From Trichinella spiralis (taxonomy: Eukaryota): a stretch of DNA of 33,881 nt. The stretch lies in assembly GCF_000181795.1 (NCBI RefSeq), contig NW_003526941.1, positions 5,207,352-5,241,232 on the forward strand. The letters run 5' to 3'. A program made the translations under genes and the position numbers. The notes under the pieces were generated by a model. That model did not search any database, was not told the DNA's origin, and saw only the letters and a program-made list of their open reading frames with translations. Positions 22,167 to 33,099 of the stretch are shown in pieces; position 1 is the stretch's first letter, and the number at the start of each line of letters is the position of its first letter.

Positions 22167-24599
22167 GCTTATCCTAAGCGTGTGTGCGTCTGTCTGTGTT
22201 CCACAAGCAATTTGTCCAATTTCAAATGTTCCTCTCTCCTCTTCTCTTTCTTATGTTTAGTTTCTTATTCTATTTTTCTTCTTTGTGATTTCATTTTCAA
22301 ATTTATTTCCCACTGAACATCGTCAAAGTATTTATTACATTTAATAATCTGCTGAACATCCTTTTCCGCCGACATCTCCTATCTATTGTACTTAGTGAAC
22401 ATGGAAATGGGTTACATGCGAATAGAATATCGATAGTAAAGCAAATTTTGAAACAATGGAGGATCGATCATTTTTTCACATCGCATCACATTATCCTGCA
22501 TACAGTTGTCAGATATTCGCTGTATTTGAGGAGAACACCGGCGACAGTGGTATTCGTGTAACAAAATGTGCTGCAGCCGCAGGAAAAAGAACCTCTGACA
22601 ATTACAATCACATTAAGCCATTGATTCAAATAATAAAATATGTTCAAATAATCATCATCATGGAATATGGCAAATTGTTCAATTTCTGTGCTGTATTGAT
22701 GAATTTCTCATTGATACCATTTTGTGCACATTTTTGAAAAGTACCTGCAAAGCAGAAATTTTTCCGCAGTGCAATTGTTGATTAACTTTTGTTGTCATAA
22801 TATTTCAAATTTCAGGAAAAATCCTTGTATTCTTTTTTTTTTATACCAGTTGAGAGAATGTAATTCAGAGTCGAAACAAATTCCAATATTTTTTGTACTT
22901 TCTTTTATTTTAATCTAATGTGTATTTGAAAACTATAATGTCCTTCACTGACTAGCAAAAATATGAAATTTGAAATCATGCTGTGCAGAAGAAATGAATA
23001 ATATACCAGAGGCAGTATGTATATAAATAAATACATACATATATATGTATAAGAAATGAAATTAATTGTATGGTGAGTGAAATGAAAATTTTGAAAAATG
23101 TGAAAAAGAAATTATTAATAATTAATTTTAGATTTCAAGAGAATCACATATTATCAACGATATTATTTAAAAGTGACAAATGGAAAACTATTGAAAAGGT
23201 AATTGTCATTGATGCATGTACAAGTTTTTTTGCATTGTTCAGTGGAAGAATATGATTAAAAGAAGCTTACTAAATTTCAAAACTTAAAAATTGACAGCAT
23301 AATTGAATGCTATTAAATATTGTTCGTGGTATTTATTCATTAACAAATTCAAAAATTCCTATATATTCTTCTTTTAAGAAATAATTTGCAACGTAATAAA
23401 AGAAAATAGTTCGGATTCTTGCCTTTTCAGTGAAGACTGTTCGTTGCTGATGTATTACAAATTGAAAGGAATAAAGTATTTTTACTGAAAGCAGTGTTCG
23501 GCATTGAATCTGACATTCTAGAGAATGTTTCTGAAGTGAGTCCTGGAGAATTCAGTGGTAATATGTATTAGTTCTTGCAATATATATCGGCCATTGCAAT
23601 TTGCAGTTAGGAAAAATATTTTGAGTGGTAACAGTTGGTTTGCATAATTATAATATGAATTTTAGAATATTTAAATGATAAAATAGCGGTGTTCGGCTTG
23701 TGAGGAAAGTGAGCGAAGTGAACAATTCGTGGTATTTCTATGGTTTTATGCAATGCATATATGCCGAAGCAATCCTGGTGCTGTAAACACCTAATCCATA
23801 TTAGACTATTTAAATGATCATTGACTTTCTGTTGTCATCGTTACTGGAAATGCTCTATCATTTCCTTCGATATCTATGTATGTAAACGAAAAGTATTGTT
23901 GTACCTGATTTTCTCAGTCAGCGATGTTAAAAAGTACAGTAGTCAAAATTTAGAATACATTTACTTATTTTTTACTTTCTTACAGTACAGTACAGTACAG
24001 TACAGTATGTGATATAGATCTTATTTATTTATGAAAGCATTAGAACGTTATCCCTTTTAAGTCACTGTACCTGATTTGGACTAGAGAATTTTGATATTCT
24101 AATGCATATTTGTGAGAAACACTTGTGCTGTTCAATAATTCAACAAGTTGTTGCAAATTAAATGCCTTTTATGCATCGCATCTTTTTTCAAAAACCGAAT
24201 CTCAGTTTTCTTCAGTTAATTTTTGCAAATTTGATAATGCATCACCATAATGAGAATGTTAAAATGTGTTTTTTACAATGACAATTACAGTGTACATGAG
24301 TTTTACGAAATTGTGAATTATTTCGTTTTCTGTTGTTTCATACTTCCAAAGTCAACCGGGTGTGATGCATACGCATTGGATGCAGTTTTATAGATATATT
24401 GAAAGTTTAGGCTAGAGGTGAGCTATAATAACTAAAAAGCAAACAAACGTCAAGACCATGCTTGAAAATTTGCATGAAAATTATGGTAAACAAGTTCGAC
24501 GGCTTCTTTTCATTACGTTCAGCAAACACAATATTCGCAACCTTAAATGTCATCAGCAAAATCATATTAGTGCAGCCATAAACGTTTATTTTGTTGCAA

Positions 24600-24810
24600 T
24601 CTTTTTACTTTTTTGCAGTGAGTTCCATTTATGTAGGTCATTTTTGAATTTTCAAAGTCCAACCTAAGACGTGCGGAGGTTTGTTTTGGCTAAATCAATT
24701 TTTTTGTTATGGCATTTTTTGTCCGATAGTTTATATTTTGACTGACTGAATTTGAAATGTCAAGGTCATTTTTGAATTTTCAAATAACTGTCATTGATTG
24801 TTTAATTTGC
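24600..24810 (+). repeat. Dispersed repeat family member (AGGTCA orientation)
   Basis: Two AGGTCATTTTTGAATTTTCAAA motifs about 127 bp apart, plus GATAGTTTATATTTTGACTGA. Confidence 0.8.
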
Positions 24811-25679
24811 CGCTTTATGCGAATTGCTTCTTCTAATCATTACTTTTTTTCTCTTCTTACAACAAGTCAGCATTTAATATAAAATGAGTATACATTTTAT
24901 TTCTTACATTGTTTTTAGTATTTAAATTATACTTAGTAATAAAGATGAAATGACAGTGTCCGTATTGGGAAGTGTTTATATGATTGGCAAAACTGCAGTT
25001 AAATTTTCTCCTCAAACAGAGTGCATTAGTTAAGTAAATCAAGCGCAATGAAAAATATACAGTAGCCATATTTATCAGCAGAAACGAATGAAATAAAAAT
25101 TTGCATGTTAAGTCGTTTGCTTTATTGACATAATTTTAGTTTGAGGCCGTCCGTGTATGAGAGCAGTGCGTTTTGATTGGAAAATTAACTGAAGACCAAT
25201 ATCAAATACCAAACACGAAATTTGCTTTTTATTCATTATTATTTTTTGGAATAATTTCTGAAAAATAATTTTTCAATCAACATCCAAAGACAATGAACAT
25301 TAACGATGAGAAGATGACGAATTTAACAGTAAGTGGCAGTTTTATTATTTTTAAGTTTTAGTTAGTTAACAATATAATTGAGAATCGATATTGAGCATAA
25401 TTTCTCAACATATTGTATGAAGAATTCTCAAAATCAGATAATAGGTGACATAATAAACGCCAAATTTCCGTACAATTAAGTGTGATAAAATACACCGTGA
25501 ACGCATTGTTTATCTATTATTAAAATACGGTCTTTCGAAAATCACCTTTGCAGTAGCTAACATGCACTTTTAGTTAACCCTAAGCAAGCTCTTGCCCGCA
25601 AATTTTTCACTTAAAATTAGCTTCATTTGAACCACTTGCATCAATGGCTTACGAAAATTTTCAAACATACGCAGGTGTG

Positions 25680-25890
25680 TTTTGTCTAAGTGAATTTTGT
25701 TTTGTTATGGCGTTTTTTCTCAGATAGTTTATATTTTGACTGAATTTGAAATGTCAAGGTCATTTTTAAATTTTCAAATAGTCCTTGGCTTATTGGTAGA
25801 ATTTAGCACTGCATTTTTTCTGCTCATATTATGGCTTAGGTTAGACTTTATCTTCAGCTAAAAGTTCTAGCGCACTAAAAACCGGTTTCT
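25680..25890 (+). repeat. Dispersed repeat family member (AGGTCA orientation)
   Basis: Contains GATAGTTTATATTTTGACTGAATTTGAAATGTCAAGGTCATTTTT. Its reverse complement aligns with 33725-33881 out to AAAACCGGTTT. Confidence 0.8.
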
Positions 25891-26036
25891 AATGCTGCAT
25901 TATGCAAATAACTGTAATACAAACAGAAAGATAAAGTCTGGCATGAAAGAGTTCTGCGAAATAGAAAATATGCCTGAAGTGGGAATTGAAATACTTAATG
26001 CAGGTGGAAGACGGAGAGACCAAAAATGGGCACCAT

Positions 26037-26197
26037 CCTGGAGCGTGAAGCTCCCTTCCCATAGACAAGGGAGAGTGCAAACTCTTCCTTGCTCTTTGAG
26101 CAGGCGGAGCGCACGCTCCTCTTTCCTGGAGCGGGGAAAGCCCAGGCTTTCCGCGCTGAAGAGGCGGCTGAGAATTAGTTGCTTCACCTGCCTCAGA
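26037..26197. other. GC-rich island with multiple inverted repeats (candidate structured RNA or DNA hairpin element)
   Basis: Stems seen: GGAGCGTG/CACGCTCC (26040-47/26112-19), CTCCCTT/AAGGGAG, AGAGT-GCAA-ACTCT, TGCTC-TTT-GAGCA, GGAAAGC-CCAG-GCTTTCC and CCTCTT/AAGAGG. Confidence 0.5.
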
Positions 26198-26204
26198 TGT
26201 GACG

Positions 26205-28840
26205 GGAGTTTTGCTGAATATTGCGACATATTATTATCGTGCCAGTGCAGCCCCATTTACGTAAGACACCATTTTATACTTCTTTAATTTACGCCATAAT
26301 ATTATTTGTGATAGACAGAGACTTTCATCTGTAACGTATTGAGGATTTTGTTGTTCTTCAGCAATTACTATAATCTTTGATGTTGGCTCATTACATTGTT
26401 ATACGCTTTCAAAGCAAACATGCATTTCTAGGTCAGAAGAGTAACTTTATGCAAATGTGATGGTAAACACTGCCCTTGGCATTCTGCTACGTGCACTGTG
26501 TGTTATTCAAATGCGGTAACAATGTTCCTTATATAAATTTCTGTTTATTGAGAGACCTGCATTATAGTATAAATGTTCGCTGCTGAAGGGCGGTCTATTT
26601 GCTTACTGCATTGCGTTATTTGGTCATTTTCATGGTTCAGTTCAACAAATACGTTGTGATTGTTCGACAAAAATATGGAGAAACTACGAACATCAGTTAC
26701 AAAATGTATGACTCTACGTTTGCTTTATCCCTTCGACATTACATTCGACGTTATCTCTGACAGGTCTGCTGACAGGTATGAATTTTCATATACTTGCTAT
26801 TTTTTCATAAAATGTTTTCTTTCTTTTTCTTGGCACACTGCACTAAACATGCGCGCTTTTTGAGCTTTTCGTAGTTGTTTGATTTTAGTCTTTTTGAATG
26901 GAAACTAGCGCGTTGTTCTTCAGTAATGATGTTCAACTAATATTCGTGACTTTATTACGGACAAGCCAATATTTAATAGTACTAATAGTATATTTTGCTA
27001 TAATTCTCAATAGTCCTTACAAATCCATTTGTAAAGTAGTTCTCTGACATAGCTGTTGAACCCCTCCCGCATTATCATTACTGCCCACTGTAATGTTTAT
27101 TGCTAAGGTAACATTCTTGCCCAATTGTTTAACGGAAATGTCTGTCACCGGGATACTGCAGTCGAACAATCGCACCCCTAAATGCTTGTCACTGCTCAAA
27201 TCGTGCACATGCTTGTTTCAGCATGACATAGGAAAGCTGCTGTTTCCTTGAGAACACACTTTTATACTACCACCTTTGATACTTTTAGAATGGCAGTAAC
27301 GTTCCCTTCATTTTTGAAATGACTCCTAAAAGTTTCTATTATGTCATTGTATCGCCAATAGCCCTGACTTATACAGATGCACCTATTTTCTGTCATTGAG
27401 AAAATAACTCAACGCCCATCAATGTTGTCAGTATTGATAAATGAAGCAATGCCTGAATATTGTACGTGAAGATTGAGTGGAAGGACGCATATGACAACTT
27501 CCACATCCTCCATCCTTTAACTTCTCCCTCATTCCTTCCTGCTATGCTGTCCCGCCCTCCTTTCCTGTCTAATGATCCCCATCATTGAGCTCGTAATTGT
27601 ACTAAGCTGAACAGAGATCGCTTTCAACTGAAAATGCTGCCCGCCCTCTAAAATCCAGGTTACTCGTGATTCTTTTGTTTTATTCTTTTCATGAAATGCA
27701 ATACAGAATTGTCACCCGCTTAAGTTTCCTGAATTCATTGCAAATCGTTGAGTTACTTAATTTCTGCAGGTAGGTTTATCTCACATTGTATGTGGCGCGC
27801 TGATGCAGTGCTCAACCAAGTTTGCAGTCTTATTATAAATCATCATAAGGTGTAAACAAAGTTTAGTTTAAGCAAAATTTTAATAGTAAATAAGCTGTCA
27901 AGTGGCAAACCCACTGGTGCAGCCGCTTACCATCACGATGTCTACCCTGCGCTTTTGTTAAATTCTATGCTGAGATAAATTGTATATCATAAAATTTCTG
28001 TTGCAGTTATCATCATAAAATTTCATGACAACTGTTTAATTTTCTATAAATCTGAAAACGCATTTTATTTTCGAAACTATTTTCAGTGGAAGCCATTTTT
28101 TATTATCCATATAATTTCGATTAGATGAAAAACATTGATAAAATATAAATTATTGAATCACCTTGTACTTTCATGCAACTAAATTGCACAACATGCATAA
28201 ATACGCAATGATAGCATTTCCGTTTATTTTTAGTAATCTGCGATGCTTCAGGTTAATAATATTTCCTTTTAGGTAATTTTAGGGAAAAAATTTGCATAAC
28301 AATGCGCTATTACGTAGTAATATGAAGTGTGTAAATAGAGACGTAATAAATTTAATCGTGTCGGTTCATAATGTTGCTCATATTGTTTATTTTAGTGCAC
28401 TATTACTGATGGAAAATTAGGTTGATCTTCCTGAGGCAAAGTAAATAGTCATTTGCATAATTTACTTATTATACAATTGACCAAGCACATCGATTTTAGT
28501 TTATGCAGTTCACTTCAATGCTATCAGTCTAGCACGTGGTCAACTATAATTCCGCTCTTCAACACCATCCATGAATAACTGGTAAGTTGGATTTGATATT
28601 TTGGTGGTGGTATGCTATGCATGTTACTTTACTTATATGGTGAATGGAAACTGACGAGTTTTTTTTTTCTATTGTTGTTATTGCTAACTTTCAGGTACAT
28701 CAGATTGTGAAGATGGAATTCTTTGTTTTTCATTTTGTGATATAATTTACTTTCAGAATTGACATTTTTATATTCATATCAATGAATGTGAAACACTGTA
28801 TCTGAAAACTAGCTGAATATGGTAACTATGCATCATGATG
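26205..28840 (+). repeat. Right arm of inverted segmental duplication (partner 2870-5605)
   Basis: Same match as the left arm. This arm lacks the 85 bp found at 4075-4159 (junction near 27650). Confidence 0.95.
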
Positions 28841-29132
28841 AATATGCCTTGCTTTTTACTTGAATTTTTCTGTTAAATTTAGGTTGAAGTTTGCAGTGCC
28901 ATTAGCGCCACATTGCTTTTCTAGCTGCAGCATTAATATTAAATTATCATGTATGTGATATCATAGATTAGGTGCTCTTGATTCAAATCTTTTAAGAATT
29001 GAATATTACATTTGCCTTGCTACATTTTGAAAATGCCCAGATGCAATTTATTATCAGTAAAGACAGGTAAAAGCTGTTGAACAGTGGTTGTTGGAGTTGC
29101 TGACCTAGCGTTCAAAAAACGTATGACAAAAA

Positions 29133-30297
29133 ACAGTAAGTGTTGAATTTGTTTAATTAGATAGCAAGACCATAAGCGTATTAGATATAGGTAGAATTAG
29201 GTAACTTCTGTAATTACAGATTACGTCATCAGCTGAGTTTTTATGGTGTTCCTTTTGCTCTGGGCAACGTGATAAGTCATGTTCACATCATTTCGTTCTA
29301 AATTTGGCATCTCAAGCATCCGTAAGTATTGAATTTACTCCTGATTGCAGTTGCATCGTACAGTGTTTGGTCCAGTGACGTTTCCCAGTTTTTTTAGTGT
29401 GGTTTCACTTATCATAAAAGTAAGAAGGAATTGATTGTAATTGTAGCAGATTTCGCTGAGTCAGTCGAGCAGCGTTCGTACAAATCCTGACAACGTATTG
29501 GTGCTTGTTGCTGTCAGTGCGTTACCAATGTGATATCACAAAAATTAGTGAGTAGCTTTTGTTTATAGTAGCTGTGGATTACGTCATCCCATGAAGCTTG
29601 TACCGTTTGCAACCCGTGTTCGCATGGACGTAAAGGCGTTTCCTAGCCGTCCCAGTGTGCCTTTGCTTACCACAAATAGTATCGTTCATCAGTAAGTATT
29701 GAATTTGATTAATTAGATAGCTGGAAGATGCGAGTGTTACATGGATTGAATTAGATAACATCTATAATGACAGATAACATCATTAACTGACCTGTTTTCA
29801 ACTTCCTTTCGCTCTGGACACCGTGTTTGGTCATGTTCACATCAGTTTGTTCTAGATGTTGCATCACAAACATCCGTAAGTATTTAACTTGCTACTGATT
29901 GCAGTTGGATACGTAAAGCGTGCGCATTTTATCCATTACAGCATTACATTAACATCAAGCGAATTCGATGTTTCTTCTGATGGCCCTCTGAGTTGAAGTT
30001 GACGCAGTGACGTTCATCATTGGTACTAGTGTGGTTTCACTTATCATAAGAGTAAGAAAGAAAAATGATTGTAATTCTAGCAGATTACGTTGAGACAGTC
30101 GAGTAGCGCTGGTGCACGTATACATGTTTCGTGAGTGCGTTTCCAATGTGATATGACAAATCAGTAAGTAGTTTTTGTTTACAGCTGTGGATTAGGTCGT
30201 CTCATGAAGCCCGTACTGATGCCAACCAGTGTTCACCTGGCGTTTCAATTCCGTTTTCTACCCGTCCCAGTGTGTCTTTACTTATCACAAATAGTAA
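29133..30297 (+). repeat. Diverged tandem duplication (two ~560-600 bp units) built from exon-like modules
   Basis: 29133-29689 aligns with 29690-30297 (shared GTCATGTTCACATCA, CATCCGTAAGTATT, TAGTGTGGTTTCACTTATCATAA, GCTGTGGATTA, CCGTCCCAGTGTG). Confidence 0.85.
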
Positions 30298-30704
30298 GAA
30301 GGAATTTTATATTATGACAGCAATGAAATATGTTAAATAGAACAGGTATCCCAGCATTTTGTTCTTGATAGCAATGGATTACGTCATCAGAAAATGTTTG
30401 TTTAGTCGCAGCCGATGGCACTCTCAAATAGCGTTTCTTACGGTTTTTTTTGTCACGCAAGGTAAGGAAGAATTTCATTTTTTGTAGAAGAATTGTTTTG
30501 TATTTAAAGTTTTAGTGCGTAACTGTGAAGACGAGAGCCGCATTTGAATGATCTCCATCGAATATCGTTTTTTATTATGCTGCTGTTATGCTAATAAGGC
30601 TGTAATATGGTATATAACTATATTCAAATGAATTTTAGAATCATGTTTTATTTATATAAAATTCTCAGCAGTAGAGATCGTAAAGTACTGGTACGTAGCA
30701 TTAA

Positions 30705-31020
30705 AGTAAGTGGATAAAGTAACGCAGGTAAGTAGAGTCGAAGCGGATATAAAGTGCGTACAGGTAAATGGATTGCAGGTAAGTACTGAAGGTAAGTACG
30801 ATAACGTAGGGTGCAGGTGAGTAGAATGAAAAGGTAAGTTGTGCAGTAAGGTAAGTATGGTGCAGGTGAGTAGAATGAAAAGGTGAGTTGTGCAGGTAAG
30901 TATAAAGAAGAATGATATCGTAGAGTAAAGGGGATTGAAGTTCGATAGCGTAGAGGTAAAGGTAAGTATGAGGCGTTACTCTACGCTGAGTGGAAATTGG
31001 GTTATTGAAGGACGTAAGTA
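30705..31020 (+). repeat. Array of 5' splice-site consensus motifs
   Basis: Ten perfect AG|GTRAGT sites lie between about 30725 and 30968, plus several near-matches. Confidence 0.9.
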
Positions 31021-31074
31021 TCGAATTGCAGAAGTGAAGAGCCGGGTGCTAATTATGTAAATTTTCGAAAAAAA

Positions 31075-31470
31075 TACCTCAGGAAATGCCCTGGGCATAG
31101 CCTGAAAGCAAAAAAAAATTTGCATATCCCCCTGAAGGCAAATATTGTGCAATAAAATGCTTTGGGCGTAGCCTGAGGGAATATGCAAATTTTTATTTGC
31201 CCTGGGGCATAGCCTGAGGCGACGCCTGCGGCTAAATTTCAAAAAATTTCGAAATTTTCAAAAAATTGCCCGAGGCATAGCCCCAGGCGTAGCCTGAGGG
31301 CATATAAAAATTTGCATATTGCCCTGAGGCGACTAAATATTTGCATAAAAACCTCCTTAGGCCAAATATTGTGCTATAAATTGCCTGGGGGATAGCCTTA
31401 GGGCATATGCAAATTTTTTATTTTGCCCTCCGGGCAAAACCTGGAGGGAAAAGCCCGGGGGCAATATTTT
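31075..31470. repeat. Palindromic GCCN3-4GGC / ATGCAAAT repeat with a ~220-bp higher period, running into an assembly gap (partial copy at 10520-10629)
   Basis: GCCTGAGGC, GCCTGCGGC, GCCCGAGGC, GCCCCAGGC and GCCCTGGGC are interleaved with ATTTGCAT/ATGCAAAT. The segment 31141-31208 is repeated at about 31364-31435. Confidence 0.88.
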
Positions 31471-31526
31471 TTTTAAATTCAAATTTTCAAAATTTTGCTT
31501 GGGGGGGGGGGGGAAAAACCCCCCCC

Positions 31527-31936
31527 NNNNNNNNNNNNNNNNNNNNNNNNNNNNNNNNNNNNNNNNNNNNNNNNNNNNNNNNNNNNNNNNNNNNNNNNNN
31601 NNNNNNNNNNNNNNNNNNNNNNNNNNNNNNNNNNNNNNNNNNNNNNNNNNNNNNNNNNNNNNNNNNNNNNNNNNNNNNNNNNNNNNNNNNNNNNNNNNNN
31701 NNNNNNNNNNNNNNNNNNNNNNNNNNNNNNNNNNNNNNNNNNNNNNNNNNNNNNNNNNNNNNNNNNNNNNNNNNNNNNNNNNNNNNNNNNNNNNNNNNNN
31801 NNNNNNNNNNNNNNNNNNNNNNNNNNNNNNNNNNNNNNNNNNNNNNNNNNNNNNNNNNNNNNNNNNNNNNNNNNNNNNNNNNNNNNNNNNNNNNNNNNNN
31901 NNNNNNNNNNNNNNNNNNNNNNNNNNNNNNNNNNNN
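31527..31936. other. Assembly gap (410 N); additional 10-N gaps at 9093-9102 and 10630-10639
   Basis: Runs of N. The flanking homopolymers (G13, C8) indicate low-quality read ends. Confidence 1.
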
Positions 31937-33099
31937 GGGCGGCAGGGCCTTTGGTTCCGGCAACCGGGGAGGAGGGAAGAGGTGAGCTTTGAAAATATGG
32001 ACTTGGATCATTTGATACGGTTAGGGTCGGCGTCGTGCAGTGTAACCCGTCGAACTCCTGCACACCCACCTATCTCACATTCCTCCTATCCTTGCACTGC
32101 TATTCTCAAGCATTTACTTATTCTAATACTTCAAACTATAGCAGTGCTAAAAACTCCCTATGCTTCAAAAATTGTCCTTTGAAAGGATCGACAGATTATT
32201 CAACCATTCCACTTTCCGCAAAAGGAACCCTAAAACTCAACTGGAAAGGCCATGGGACAGGAAAACGTTCAAATGCGGGAAAGCCACTCAAATAAATTAT
32301 AATAATATTCATGATCTACATCCAGTAACTTTAATTAACAACCAATAAATACTCGATAACTTACAGCTCGAATTTATATAAATTACAGACTCAAGAACTC
32401 CTCAGTGAACTTTAACTAATTAGCCTAACTCAAAGAATTATACTTACCAAACTTACCCTTGTCTTCGAGATGTCTTCTTTTATCTTCTATTCTTCTGTAT
32501 CTAAATATAGAAGAATTAATTTAATGAAATAATGTTATAATAAATAAAAAACAAAGCCGTTTTTATTGCTCTTCTTCGTCCATCATCGCATTGACAACGC
32601 CATTGTTCATTCGCCGCACATCGTTCGCCTACAATCATTTGAAATGAGTTTCTAGAGCAACTAATAGTAGCCTCAGAAAAATTTACATAAAGTTCATTTC
32701 TATGGATTAACATGTATGAAACAAATTTTCATTTCGTAGAGCAAACATTATTTAGGCCACGCATAAGCTCAAAAGCAAACAAATTAAAATTGCATGCAAA
32801 TTGCAGGTGAAACTGCACCACGCCTTTGTTTGAAAAGTTAACATTCTTCTATATGTATACAAATACATTGCTCAGTACTTAACGTAAAAATAAACTGAGC
32901 AGACGTCGTTAAACATCGTCATTAATTACATCAGTCAATTTTATTTAGCTGGTGCAATGTTAATAGAAAGGAAGTTTTCCAACAGATCCACTATTCATGA
33001 AAGTGTAGACACTGTGAGCGTAGCGGTAAAAGCTGGTGTTAGAACGTCGACAATGCTACTCAAAGATGAATTATAGCGTGCCCCATACATAATATGGAA

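Noticed and set aside
23056..23540. Possible + strand exons with good splice sites
   Set aside because: They could not be joined into an open frame from a start codon.
24740..24785. Spliced-leader RNA (…GTCAAG|GTC with ATTTTTG Sm-like site)
   Set aside because: The Sm-like site sits immediately after the putative donor, and no SL stem-loops are evident.
26004..26172. U3 snoRNA (box B-like GAGCGTGAAG) or hammerhead ribozyme (CTGAAGA, GAAA)
   Set aside because: There is no box A and the box C-D spacing is wrong for U3. Hammerhead stems I and II cannot be formed.
31407..32182. ORFs spanning the N gap
   Set aside because: Artefacts of translating through Ns.
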